In this document: positions 12,560 through 24,877 of the stretch, piece after piece
Position numbering within the stretch: the first letter of the stretch is position 1
Layout: every line of letters starts with the position of its first letter
Translations under genes and position numbers: made by a program
The notes under the pieces: generated by a model
Database searches by the model: none
What the model was told of the DNA's origin: nothing
What the model saw: only the letters and a program-made list of their open reading frames with translations
Assembly: GCF_964194025.1 (NCBI RefSeq)
Contig: NC_134478.1
Coordinates: 19,654,001 to 19,718,000, forward strand
Length of the DNA: 64,000 nt
Reading direction: 5' to 3'
Source: Convolutriloba macropyga
Lineage: Eukaryota

Positions 12560-14270
12560 ATGTTCGTTCTGTCTTTTTGTTTTAAGAGAACAAATTTGTA
12601 AATCTGGAAGTGAACGGTTTTTGATTCCGTCCAAACTATGTGTAAGTTTGGGAATTTCAATAAACTGAGTTGGAATTTGTAAAAACGCCGTGATTTTTGT
12701 GCGGTTAAGTTTTTGTATGAACAAAAAGAGAGATTTGTGATCATTATTTAGTATAATAGGCTGTTGCGACCCTTGGAAAAAACGTCACATTCAGAGAGTG
12801 CATAAATTATTGCAGAGCTTTCGGGAAGATTGGTTGAAAGTCTGAGCTCTGTGGTGGAAAATAATCGGGAGTTTGCAGAAACCAGCTCCATTTTTTCAAA
12901 CTGATTTTTTTGGTGAGGTGCACCTCCAATGCCACAGTTGGAGGCATCACATAAAACATTAAATGGTTTATCTCAATCAGGAATTGCGAGACGTAGTGTG
13001 CCATCTGTGAGTTCCTTTTCTTCTATCGGATGTTTGTTGAAGTTCTGGTGTCCCTTTGAAATCTTTTATATCTCTAAGTTGAAGTTAGAGAGGTCTCAAA
13101 TTAACTTGGAGATTATATATGTATTTTGGAATCAAGGTGATAAATCCAACATATTTTTGTATTATGTTTTTTGGTGGTTGTAATTTTGAAATTCAATCTT
13201 CTTTATTTTTCAGTGGGTGTATGTGCCTATTTTGTATTTTGTGTCCCAACAAAAGGGCTGATTCTAGAAAAAAGAAAGTTTTATCTGGAGCGGCTCTGAG
13301 ATTTTCATTTTCGAGAACTTTGTGAGGTTGATCTAGTGCTTGTAACATTGTGTCTGTCCTGATATCTTGAATACAAACATTGTCAAGATATATAATGATT
13401 TCATTTTTGCAAACTGTTTTAAAGACGCTACTCATCAAAGATGAAAGGGCGGTTGGGGCGATTGAAATACCATAAAACAAACCTTTGAAACAATATTGTT
13501 CTCCTGCGATGACAAAATTGGTGACTCGTTGTGACGATTTATCCAGTGGCATTTAGTTATATGCACAAGTCATGACGGCTATAGAGAAAAGCCTGACTCT
13601 AATTCGAGTGAGTATTATAAGTATTGGTTCTATTGACCAACTACATTTAGTTTCGTCAATCAATGTGTTTAATTGGTGATTACCTAGAACAATTTCAAGT
13701 GATTCTCCCTTTTTGAGGATATTTACTGGGTTTATAAATGTGTTTCCTGTATTGAGAGAATCTGTGTTTACATGTGCAAAGATATCAAAATGTGTTAGAA
13801 TGTAAATTAAATGTTGTACTGTTTCTGTAATTGTAGGAGTATAACGGTAGCTTGTTGCTTCTTGGTTACTGCTGTTGCCTTTAGAGGTAAATTTAATTCC
13901 AGTTTGATCTTCCCTATCAAATTTAGATGTGGCATAACATTATTTATATATCTTGTTAAAAGTTGAGCTAGTTGTTCAAATTGTGTTTGTGTCAACTTAA
14001 TGTGTTCAAAATTGAAGACTTTGAGAAAATTTTTGTCTGTATCTGTGAATGTAGATATATCAAATGGTATTTGGAACGTTTTTTTGTGCCTTGTATTCAC
14101 GTTCTTGTTGTTTGGTGAGATTTAGGCAATAGAGTTCTTTAGTGTTTCTGGTATTTCGTTGTCTGAAGATCTATTAGCGAAACACGTTGTGTTCAATGAG
14201 TTCAAATTGCTATCAATATGCACAAGTGAAGAAATTTTTAATGTTCTTTTGTGACACAAAGATGACTAAA
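12560..14270 (-). pseudogene. Reverse transcriptase and RNase H of the Gypsy-like pol, frameshifted
   Basis: RT: MPLDKSSQRVTNFVIAGEQYCFKGLFYGISIAP...YLDN (degenerate YLDD)...LGHKI. RNase H: CDASN...ELVSANSR and KFPNLHIVWT...SLPDL. Confidence 0.9.
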
Positions 14271-14480
14271 CGCACATCAGATACGGTGACAACCTTGACT
14301 CAATTGAGATCTTGTTCAATGAGGTCTGCAATGATGTCGAAGAAGAGCCCTGTCTTAATAGTTTGCGAAAAAAACCTTCCGAATAGAAGTACCCCTGCTT
14401 ATGGGGACGGTCGACTAGATATCAAGGCTAATGGTTTCTTCGAATGACGCTTCAGCAGAACACTCTTTCATGTGAAAGTG
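14270..14480 (+). mobile_element. Fragment of a CRE-like non-LTR element (REL endonuclease region)
   Basis: EVCNDVEEEPCL...DGRLDIKANGFFE. A second copy lies at ~17520-17705. Confidence 0.65.
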
Positions 14481-14979
14481 TTTAATCAGTACGCTGCTAA
14501 CTGCCCAAGAAGAAAAACGGATTCCTAAAAAAAATCACAATTCCATCAAGAAGCTGAAACAAGAGCAAAGGATAATTGAAGCCGAGAAAAACCACGTTGT
14601 TTTCGTTGATCTCAAGTACAACAGCCAGTGAGTCAGCATCAAAATCCGTCGGGAAGTTTGGTTCCTGGATCAGCAATAAAAAACAGTTTCAAATTGAGAA
14701 CAGATCATGTTCATTAGGAAAAAAACATGTTTCGAGCTTTTACGTAGTTTCTTCCTCTGGAACTCCTGTAGAGGATAGGAGGCTCTCCTAATTATTTCTG
14801 TTCGTTTTTTAGTTTGACTGAAAATCAGTTCAAATTATGTTTTGAGAGCTATTTATCATATCTTTTTGATTATGATTCTGATGCTTGTAATTTTTCTTTT
14901 TTTGATTTTGATAGATTAGTTTTTGACTACTGTCAGGATTTATACTTATTTAGAGAAGGTATGACGTTCATTAGGTTGT

Positions 14980-15870
14980 TGGCCTAATACACGCCCAAGA
15001 GATGTCCATATTGTGGAAAGTTCACCCTATCATTTGCTCTCCACTGTGAGGAGGTTGGGTGTACACAAATGAGACATGACGAGATCCGAGTTACCTTTCC
15101 TAGGCTCATGCATGAGTTTTAAAATGATTTCGAGGTTGAGCCAACTCTTCGGTTGTTTCAAAGCAAGTGCTTTTGCACAAGACTACTCGCACGATGAAAA
15201 CGCGCGACTAGACATTAAAGCGAATGATCTATGGGGACCACGTTCACCCGTTATTTTTCGACTTCAAGATTTTTAACCAACTCGCCAAGTCATGCCCTCA
15301 AAACTCGTAGAATCGTACAATTATCAAGAGTCACTGACGTGCCTCAAGTATGGGCAACAAAAACTTGACGTCGAGAAGAGTTACCTCGCTCAGCGCTTTT
15401 TTTCCTGCATGGGAGAGCCGCACCCTCCATAACGTGCACTCTAAATTAACTAGATAGCCACAATGCTGAAAAGAAAGATACTCGTACGCAATAACATATA
15501 AACGCACGAGAATAAGTTTTGCACTCCTGAGCAGCGCTATCATAAGCCTCAAAGGGTGCCGTGAGTCCAAACGGCCAACTGACATTGATAGTTCATGCAG
15601 TGCCATAGTGCGGGAGGGGAGACTAGATTCATAACAAATTAGTTTATATAGAAATTCAATTCTCGTGAAGCAGCTCTAAAAGAGTTTTAGTGCCTTGTCT
15701 TTAAAATTATATACGATGCAGTGATGTCTCGTTATATATAGAAATTTAATTCTCGTGACGCAGCTGTAAAATAGTTATAGTGCATGTCTTTAAAATTATA
15801 TACGATTCAGTGATAACTCAATATATATAGAAATTCAATTCTTATGACGCAGCTCTAAAGAGTTATAGAA
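14980..15870 (+). mobile_element. 5'-truncated CRE-like non-LTR retrotransposon (zinc knuckle, REL endonuclease, 3' tandem repeats)
   Basis: CPYCGKFTLSFALHCEEVGCTQMRHDEIR...ARLDIKANDLWG...FDFKIFN. Closely similar to 19264..20140. Confidence 0.8.
15645..15870 (+). repeat. ~90-bp tandem repeat (~2.5 units) at the 3' end of the CRE-like element
   Basis: The GAAATT(C/T)AATTCT core recurs at 15651, 15741 and 15830. Confidence 0.85.
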
Positions 15871-15987
15871 AATAAACTCTACATAAGAAATGAGATGCTG
15901 CCAGGAGTTAAACCACTACCATTTTAGGTAGGGGCCTTTTTTATTTGACGTCTTCAAATAGTCATATTTCAACCTTTTTTATGTTTA

Positions 15988-17520
15988 TTTGTTCTCTAGT
16001 TGTATTTCAAAATAGTTATCTTTGATGTGTAGATATATTGGAATTGTTGTGATTTCATTGCACTGTTTGTAGTTACAGTGTTAACTTAATCTTTTGATAA
16101 TGCTTAATGGTACTGTATCGGTTCTGTTTGTTGATTATACGTCATAAAAAATGTTATTGAGTGAGGAAAATCTACCGTCCGTGGACGATGTTCGTCTTGT
16201 GTTGTTGTCGTAAGTGAACGACTTATTAGATCTGGAAGTGAAAAATTTCTCCATTTTGAAATTTGTAAAAACTCTGTGATTTGATTTATTTTTTTGTGTG
16301 ATCACTATATAGGAGAAATGGGTGTTGTGACAATTGATAAAAATTTCATTTTCAAAGAGTGCATAGATTATTGCAAAGCTTTTACGAAGAATAGTTGAAA
16401 GTCTGAGTTCTGTGGTAGAAAGTGAACGAGACTTTGCAGAAACTAGTTCCATTTTTCCAAATTGATTTTTTCGGAGAGGTGCGGCTCCAATGCCAAAGTT
16501 GGAGGCGTCACATAAAATATAAAATAGTTTACCTTAATCAGGAAATGCGAGACGTAGTGTGCCATCTGTGAGTTCCTTCTTTTCTATCGGATGTTTGTTG
16601 AAATTTTGGTGTCCCTTTGAAATCTATTGTATCTCTAAGTTGAAGGTAGATAAGTCTCAAATTAATCTGAAGATTATAAATTTATTTCGAAGTAAAGGTG
16701 AGAAATTCAACATAATTTTGTATTTCTTTTTTATTTTTTGGTGGTTGTACTTTTAAAAATCAATCTAATTTATATTTCAGTGGTTGTCTGTGCCCATTTT
16801 GTAATTGGTGTCCCAAGAAAAGGGCTGATTTTGGAAAAAAGAAAGTTTTATCTGGAGCGGCTCTGAGTCTTTCATTTTTGAGAATTTTGTGAGGTTGATC
16901 TAGTGTTTGTAACATTGTGTCTGTCCTGATATCTCTAATACAAAAATTGTCAAGATATAAAAGAATTTCATTTTTGCATACTGTTTTAAAGACGCTAAGA
17001 TTGACAAGTAAATGTTGTATTCTTTCCTGTAATTGTAGGGGTAAATGTGTAGCTCGTTGTTTCTTGAATACTGCTGTTGCCTTTAAATGTAGATTTAATT
17101 CCACTCTGATCTTTCCTACATCAAATTTAGATGTGGCATAACAATATTTATATACCTTATTAAAAGTTGTGCTTGTGTTAGCTTAATGTGTACAAAATTG
17201 AACACTTTGAGAAAAGTTTTGTCTGTATCTGGGAACGTAGAGATATCAAATGTTATGTGTGCTTTTTTTGTTGTGCTTTATTTTCACGTTGTTGTTGTTT
17301 GATAAGATATAAGCAATAGGGCTTCTTGAATGTTTCTGATGTACCGTGTGTCAGTTAGTTTGAAGTATAGGCATCCATGAAATGTTGGAGTTCATTAATG
17401 CAATATTCCGTTGTCCGAAGATCTATTAGCGAAATAACTTATGTTCTATGTGTTCAAATTGCTATCAACATGCACATGTGAAAATTTTTTTAATTTTCTT
17501 TATTTTCAGAAAGATTTCTA
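15988..17520 (-). pseudogene. Second, internally deleted copy of the Gypsy RT/RNase H region
   Basis: ORF 16760..17104 (YLDN...AAPDKTFFF) and ORF 16135..16452 (MELVSAKSRSLSTTELRLSTIL) are homologous to 12360..14270, but ~13430-13790 is missing. Confidence 0.85.
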
Positions 17521-18185
17521 TACGCACATCAGATCCGAAGACATCCTTGACTCAATTGAGAACCTGTTCAATGAGTTCTGCAATGATGTCGAAGAAGAGC
17601 CATGTCCTAATAGGTTACGAGATGAACCTTCCAAATAGAAATAACCCTGCTTATGGGGACGCTCGACTAGATATCAACGCTAATGGCTTCTTCGAATCCC
17701 TTTGATGATAGCTGACCAAGAAGAAAAACGGATTCCTAAAGAAATCACAATTCCATCAAGAAGCTGAAACACGAGCAAAGGATAATTGAAACCAAGAAAA
17801 CAACTTTGTTTTCGTTAATCTCATGTTCAGCAGCCAGTGAGTCAGCATCAGAATCCTTAGTGAAGTTTGGTTCCAATCAAAAACAGATTCATATTGAGAC
17901 GTGATCACGTTCATTAGGACAAAAACAGGTTTCGAGCTTTTACGTAGTTTTTTCCTCTGGAACTCCTTTAGAAGATGGGAGGCTCTTCTAAATATTATTG
18001 TTTTGTTTTTTTTTAATTGTGATTGAAAATTAGTTCAAATTTTATTTTGATAGCTATTTATCATATATTTTTTGATAAGGACTCTGATGCTTGTCATTTT
18101 TCTATTTTTTGTTTTTGATAGATTTATTTTTGACAAATGTCGGGATTTATAATTATATATAGAACTTGTAACGTTCATTAGGTCA

Positions 18186-20140
18186 TGATCACTCCCAATG
18201 GCTCAGGAGAAATTGTTCGTTGCATCATAAGCAAACGCATCATTAAGCGTCTAGAAAACGACATGCGCTTTTCGCGTGGTAAACACAACTTTTCCTTTGA
18301 CCGAGCTTTTGCACCGCTTTGAGCTTCCTTCTTCAAAACTCATATTCAGCTGCGTGCATTTATATATCGCTGATGAAACACTGTAATCCTTAGAGGACAC
18401 ATCTCCAGGGGACCCCACTGCTATGGGTAGATTCAGAATAGCCGCCCTTCCTTTGCTCAGTTTTGTCAAGAACACGCACGTGTCACAAAAATGGTACGCA
18501 GATATGACGTTTGGAGGTTTTACTCTGATTCTTCAAACAATTTAGTGAATATTAAAAAGAGTTTTCAAAGACTGAAGCTTTCAAGTTGTTTGAGGAGACA
18601 GCAGTTGAAATTCTTGCCGGCTCCCGCGTTCTAGGAACGGTAATGGGCAATGAGAAAGCCTGTGAGAGGTTTAAAGAAGCCATAGCTTGAAAATCTGCCA
18701 ATTCGTTTAAACAAATAGGGAAAATGGCAACAACATCCTCACAAAACGCTTACGCATGCCTCAAAAGAGGCGTCCAACAAAAAAATTTTCTTTCTATGTC
18801 ATTGCCAAGCTGACACAAAATCTTCACGGACGCCAAATCCAACATCCAAACGCACGTCGTACCATCGTTTTTTGACTCTCCGTGTCTCAGTCCGCACGGC
18901 AATTGTATTCGCTTCCAAACTTTAGGTCGGAGGGGTGAACTTAACATCTAGGAGAAAATGTATTACGAAAAGGAGTACGCCGATATGCTGACCGCATGCG
19001 CTCCTGCTGAAGATGAGGTTCGATCAAAAGCTCACTTCACCCAAGAACGCATAACGCACCACCAACGAACGGCACGCCGGAATAGAATTCGAACGTTTAG
19101 AAGGAATCTTATCGAAAGCATTCAGACCGAGAATCGGCACGTAATAAGAATGGTTTCGGGAAAAGGAGACTCGAACTTGCTCATCGCTCTACCACTTAAT
19201 CGTTTCAGCTTCACGCTAACGAAGTCCGAGTTCGAGGACGGACTTTGCATTAGATATAACATAGGCCTAAAACACGCCCAATAGTTGTGCATATTGTGAA
19301 AAGTTCACCCTATCACTTGCTCTTCACTGTGAGAAGGGTGGGTATACACAAATGAGACATGACGAGATCAGAGTTACCTTTCCTAAGCTCATGCATGAGT
19401 TTTAAAATGATTTCGAGGTTGAGCCGACTCTTCAGTTGCTTCAAGGCGAGTCCTTTATGCACAAGACTACTCGCACGATAAAAACGCGCGACTAGACATT
19501 AAAGCGAATGATATATGGGGACCACGTTCACCCGTTATTTTTCGACTTCAAGATTTTTAACCAACTCGCCAAGTTATGCCCGCAAAACTCGTAGAAACGT
19601 ACAACTATCAAGAGTCGTGGACGTGCCTCAAGTATGGGCAACGAAAACTTGACGTCGAGAAGAGCTACTTCGTTCAGCGCTTTTTTCCTGCATGGGGGAG
19701 CAGGACGCTCCGCAACGCGCACTCTAAATTAACTAGATAGCAACAATGCTGAAAAGAAAGATACTCGGACGCAATAACATAAATAGGCACGGGAATAAGT
19801 TTTGCTCTCCTGCGCAGCGCTATCATATGCCTCAAAGGGTGCCGTGGTTCCAAACGGCCAACTGACATTGATAGTTCTAGCAGTGCCATAGTGCGGGAGG
19901 GCAGACTAGATTCATAACAAATTAGTTTATATAGAAATTCAATTCTCGTGAAGCAGCTCTAAAAGAGTTTTAGTGCCTTGTCTTTAAAATTATATACGAT
20001 GCAGTGATGTCTCATTATATATAGAAATTTAATTCTCGTGACGCAGCTCTAAAATAGTTAAAGTGCCTTGTCCTTAAAGTTATATACGATGCAGTGATGT
20101 CGCAATATTTATAGAAATTCAATTCTCATGACGCAGCTCT
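18186..20140 (+). mobile_element. CRE-like non-LTR retrotransposon remnant (RT, zinc knuckle, REL endonuclease)
   Basis: GEIVRCIISK; PGDPTAM...QKWYAD; GSRVLGTVMG; CAYCEKFTLSLALHCEKGGYTQMRHDEIR; EVEPTLQLLQGESF; ARLDIKANDIWG. The 90-bp 3' repeat cores recur at 19934, 20024 and 20114. Confidence 0.85.
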
Positions 20141-20481
20141 AGAATATAAACTATAGATTATATAAACTATAGGATATACGCTATCGAATATAAACTGTAC
20201 ATAGGAGTTAAGCGACTACCCTTTTAGTTAGGGGCTTTTTTTAAATTGACCTCTTCAAATAGTCGTATTTCATCCTTTTGACGCGGCTCTTAGAGCCAAG
20301 CATATTGCTGTTACTTTAAATACATTGCGTTTTTTCGTTAAATTCAAAGTCGATGCTGTGCTGTTTCATAGCGGTTCTCACTGTTCTGTCCATTGATTGG
20401 ATCATACCCCCTTTTCCTTATTATTAATGTGAAAAAAAGAATTATTTGCTTTTTTTACCATTATGCTATTTTTTGAAATAT

Positions 20482-20584
20482 GGGGTCTTTCCCATTATAG
20501 CCCCCCCCCCCCCCCAGCTTAGTGGTCAGATAACCTATAGCCCCCCCCATCATGGTAAATATACCATAATGGGGGGCTATAATA
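20482..20584. mobile_element. Small MITE-like inverted-repeat remnant
   Basis: GGGGTCTTTCCCATTATAGCCCCC... plus a hairpin TATAGCCCCCCCCATCATGGTA-AATA-TACCATAATGGGGGGCTATA (20536..20581). The left terminus resembles the MITE at 41744. Confidence 0.45.
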
Positions 20585-20899
20585 TTCATGCTTTATGCTT
20601 TGTATGGTGTCAAATGCAAATGCAGGATCATTTTGTTCCGTGCTCATGTTGTTTATTTTTCAGTTCTTTTAGTTCGGCATAAATTAAGGGACACACATTA
20701 GTTGAAGGTTCTAAAATTAATTTTATGCCCCCTTAGAATTGAGATTTGCTTACTTAAGTTGAAACTGTTAATTTCAACTGAGTATGTACCATTTTAATTG
20801 AATATATGAGGACAATTCTCGGGAACAATTACTTAATGATGTTTTCTTAATGATGTTAAGAAATCACTGCAAGTATTCAAAACATTATCTTATATTTTG

Positions 20900-23800
20900 G
20901 TCATATTTTCGAGTCTTTCCTTTATATAGTCCTATCTACAACTAAATGGGCATAAAGTGAAAGGATGTTCAGTTCGTTATCATTTTGTTTATTTAACTGA
21001 TAAGCGTTATTTTTGTGGGCAGATATAACCCGGATCCAAAAAAACGATCAGTTTTTATTTCAATGGAAGTATTTTCACTTTTCAAAACTGCCAGAACATT
21101 CAGTAGTTGTCTTAAATATCTATGCCACTTTAGCTATACTAAATTTCTTAAAATTGTCTTAAATTTCAATAAATTTCTACTTTTCAACGCTCGCAGCATA
21201 CAAAATAAGTATCAAGATATATCAAACTTGCTCCAGCAGCTGGATTCGGAAACTATTGTTATAGTAACTGAAACTTGGATGAGCGAAGAACAAAGCTTGA
21301 ATATAAACCTCAGCGCTGAGCACATTTTTTTGCATAAAAATCGGTCACAAACAGGAGCAGCTAAGGGTGGGGGTGTAGGAATATGGATTCCTAAGAACAT
21401 AATTTTTAAACGCAGAAGACAATTTGAGTTAGCTGATCCGAAATTTTTTGAAACGTTGTGGCTAGCACTAGGCAACCCATTAACGGAAAAATGTCTCATT
21501 AACATCTCCTTTTGTCTACATCAAAGCCTGGGTGACTTTTTTAAACGAATTAAGTGCAGAGGTTTCTAATGCGTTCTCAGCTACAGATAATATTCTCTTA
21601 TTTGGTGATTATAACATTGATATGTTGAGTGTAAATGGGAAGAAAAGCCTTCAGAATTTTGCGGCGTGACTAGAATTACAGTTATCTAACATTGATATTC
21701 TTACACGCATAAGCAACAATAAAAGAAGTTTGATAGATCACTGTTTTTCGACTAATGAGCAGATCACTAGTTGGAAAGTCTGCTTACCTCCTTTCGATAT
21801 TGATCATAATGTAATTTTTTTCAGGGCAAACTTTTTTGTTGGAAGAATAGCAAAATTATTTTATTAAACGAGATACAAAAAATTTTGTCGATGAAAAATT
21901 TAATCGAGATCTGGATCTTGCAGATTGGAGATTAATTTCTCAACAAAGAAACTGCGATGAAATGTTTGCAGAGCTTAACAGAATTTTTTTGACAATACTC
22001 GAGAAAAATGCACCAAAAGGAAAAATTAGTTCCTAATATAAAAAAGACTACTTCAGAAAAACCTTGGGTGATAAAAAGAAATTCAAGATTTAAATGCCGA
22101 GAAACATTGTTACTTCAATCATTTGTGTCATTTAAAAAGTATTGCAACCTTGTAAATCGAAAGTTAAAAGAAGCACAAAATCGATTTTCAGAGGAATTTT
22201 TAAAGAAAATTGAAACATCAAAAGAGAAATGCAAATTCATTAAGAAAAAAATTGGAAAGAAAAACAACAGTCCAAACATCACAGAAATTGATGAGAATGG
22301 TAGAAAAACGAAAGACAAAAAATTAATATGTAACGCTTTTAACAGAGTTTTCAGCGAAATGGGCATCTACAGAGGACAGATTGTTCCATTGAACGTCGAA
22401 AAAATAAAGCGAAAATTTCAAGAGTTTATCTTTAGACCTTTTACTTTGAGGGAAATCTATAAAGTTATTGACAATCTAGATAACAACAAAACATCAGGGC
22501 CGGGATACATCAATGCTTGGGCATTGAAATCCGGAAAACATGCTCTTGGGACACATCTTCAGATTATATTTAACGATTGTATTCAAGAGAAAGTTTTTCC
22601 AACAATTCTTAAGCATGCGCACATCACACCAGTTTTCAAGAAAGGAGATGTTTCTGTTTTAGCTAATTATCGTCCAATTTCTGTAACACCAACTTTCGCA
22701 AAAGTTTTTGAAAGGCTTTACCAAAATCAGATAGTAGAATTTCTTGAAAAATTTGCGCTCTTGAACGGAAAACAATGCGGTTTTCAATCTCGAAAGTCGT
22801 CTACTGATGCTGTGGTTTATTTTATTAAAAAAATAATAGGCAATATGGAAGATAACAACGACACAGGTGCTGTGTTCTTAGATCTTGCAAAATCTCTCAA
22901 TTCAATTTCACATGAAATCTTTCTCAAGAAAGCTGAAAATTTCAACCTATCTCAATCAACAATTTTACTTCTCAAATCTTTTCTCGAAAATCGAACACAA
23001 TGCGTAAAACTGGGTAATGACTTATCAGATAAAATAACTATTAATCATGGTGTTCCACAAGGAACTGTGTTAGAACCTCTTATTTTTCTGTTATATGACA
23101 ACAATTTTTCTGAAAAGGTGGAAGGTGAAAATGATGTTGTTCAATTTGTGGATGACACTAGTATTATATGCAGATTTGAACGTAATGAAAATATTCCCCC
23201 AAAAATTGAAAAAATATTAGAACAAACAGACAAATACCTGACAGAGAATCAACTCACTTTAAATGCCGATAAAACAGAGGTGTTATTCTTTACAAATCAT
23301 ACTAATTCGGATCCAGAGTTTTCTTTTAAAAGCCAAGTTATCAAACCAGCTCATGCATGTCGTTATCTGGGAGTACAAATTGATTCAAACCTAACCTTTG
23401 AAAATCACCTGAACTCAGTTCTAAGCAAAATGGCTAATGCAATTCGTTCTTTGTATCTTGTAAGAAATCAAATACCTTTGAAAGTAAGAATTGATGTTTT
23501 CAAGTCAGTTGTACTCTCTCATCTTTCAGTGGAGTATTCCTTCAAACTCTTACAGTGAAAAATATAAACCGCATAAACAGGCAAATTAACTGGGGAATAA
23601 AAGTTTGTTATTTTCGTCAAAAATTGGACCACTCCATTGATCTTCTCATTAAGGATCGTATCCTGCCAGCCGGATTGTTTATCTCAAAAGTTAGCCTAAT
23701 GAAGCTACAAACAGACATAAGACAATGGGAAACATCGGAAAATTTTAAAATGTTTTCTAGTCACCATAACGCTAGACAGAACTAGAGAACAAATCAAATT

Positions 23801-24060
23801 ATTTTAAAAACGAAAACGAAGTGGAGTAGCAAATCCTTAATCTTGAAAAGCGTTCAAAATTGGAACAAGTTGCACTCTTATATAAGAACTTTTAACAGTA
23901 AAACTTGCTTTAAAATTGTTTTAACCGAATTTTTGATCGATCAACACAAGAAAGTACCCGTTAATAGACAAATAGGAGCCTTCAAATCCTATTTTTACCT
24001 ATGAAAACGAACAGCCACAATTTGAAGATTAATATATTAATAACAATGCCGATTAATTTA
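20900..24060 (+). mobile_element. LINE (CR1/L2 group) ORF2 with APE endonuclease and RT, inactivated
   Basis: APE: FNARSI, IVTETW, GGGVGIW, FGDYNID, LIDHCF, IDHNVI. RT: NYRPISVTPTFAKVFE, GFQSRKSSTDA, FLDLAKS, GVPQGTVLEP, FVDD, YLGVQIDSNLTF. Frameshifts or stops near 21540, 21667, 21830, 22000, 23530 and 23785. Confidence 0.92.
22008..23558 (+). pseudogene. LINE reverse transcriptase domain (516-aa open segment)
   Basis: Complete set of non-LTR RT motifs with substitutions at conserved sites (KAF>KSL, LGP>LEP, ND>NN, FADD>FVDD). Confidence 0.9.
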
Positions 24061-24271
24061 TTTAACATTTTAGAGCATGTAGATATCTAACCTTAGGGCT
24101 ATGGTCTGAGTAATTTACATGTTTCAAAAAAAAGAGTGTATAGCTGCGAATTAGTAATTGTACCGTGATGAGGTCTTTAGTTTTGTGGGGCTACATTGGA
24201 AAAGTCATTTTTGGTATTTTTAAGCTACTATTCAAAATATTGTTATATGTTTGTTGTTACTTTTAGTAAGA

Positions 24272-24877
24272 ATGGGAGCAGTGTTATTTGCACTGCTTTT
24301 GTCGACATTCTCATTTGTCTGTCATGGAGATGATTCGGCAGCTTTCCTAGGAGATCTCGATGAAGCATTTAAATCTGGGAAAGGAATGGGTATTTCGACA
24401 AAGTTCGCAATTCGCAGTAACGACAATTCGACGACAACCTCATGGTCGGTCTTCGACTACATTTATCACAATGATAGTTCAAAGGAATCTGATATGTTTC
24501 TGGACTTCAACAAGGATAGTTCAACTTACCACCGAATAATGAAAAGCAATGTTTTTGGCGGCACCGTTCATTCTGGAGTTGGATTCCGGTCGAAGAGGTT
24601 CGCCATAAATTTTGGTCGACTGGATAGAGGCTTGTATAAACCAATGAAAACTCGATACGAGTTCAGGCCCTTGTTTTCTACCGACTGCAACTTCTCAGCG
24701 GACGTGCCAGTCCTAAGTCTTGACAACTACAAGTCCTCCTACAAAACATACCCTGTACTTACTGTACCTGGACCACCAGCGATTTTTTCTCTCACTGCGC
24801 TTTTGTTTCTAATAACCAAGGAAGGGAGTTGCAATTATGACATGGGAAACGAGCAAATCGGCTCAAACAAATACAAG
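24272..24877 (+). CDS. Membrane protein exon 1 (signal peptide)
   Basis: ATG at 24272, donor AAG|GTTGGT, phase 0. Confidence 0.75.

Larger units (their letters stand above)
2429..14270 (-). mobile_element. Degenerate Ty3/Gypsy (Metaviridae-like) LTR retroelement, 5'-truncated (gag/protease missing), with env-like and accessory ORFs
   Basis: Domain order on the minus strand is RT, RNase H, integrase, extra ORFs, env-like, Pro-rich ORF, putative LTR. There are many frameshifts and stops. The left boundary is approximate. Confidence 0.85.

Noticed and set aside
15645-20140. 90-bp periodic repeats as a CRISPR array
   Set aside because: The whole unit is repeated with no unique spacers, there are no cas genes, and the context is eukaryotic TE sequence.
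22008-23558. Active or domesticated RT gene
   Set aside because: Conserved RT residues are substituted and the flanking ORF2 parts have several frameshifts and stops.
24255-24271. Trans-splice acceptor just upstream of the ATG (CTTTTAG)
   Set aside because: It cannot be distinguished from an ordinary 5'-UTR intron acceptor or chance without transcript data.
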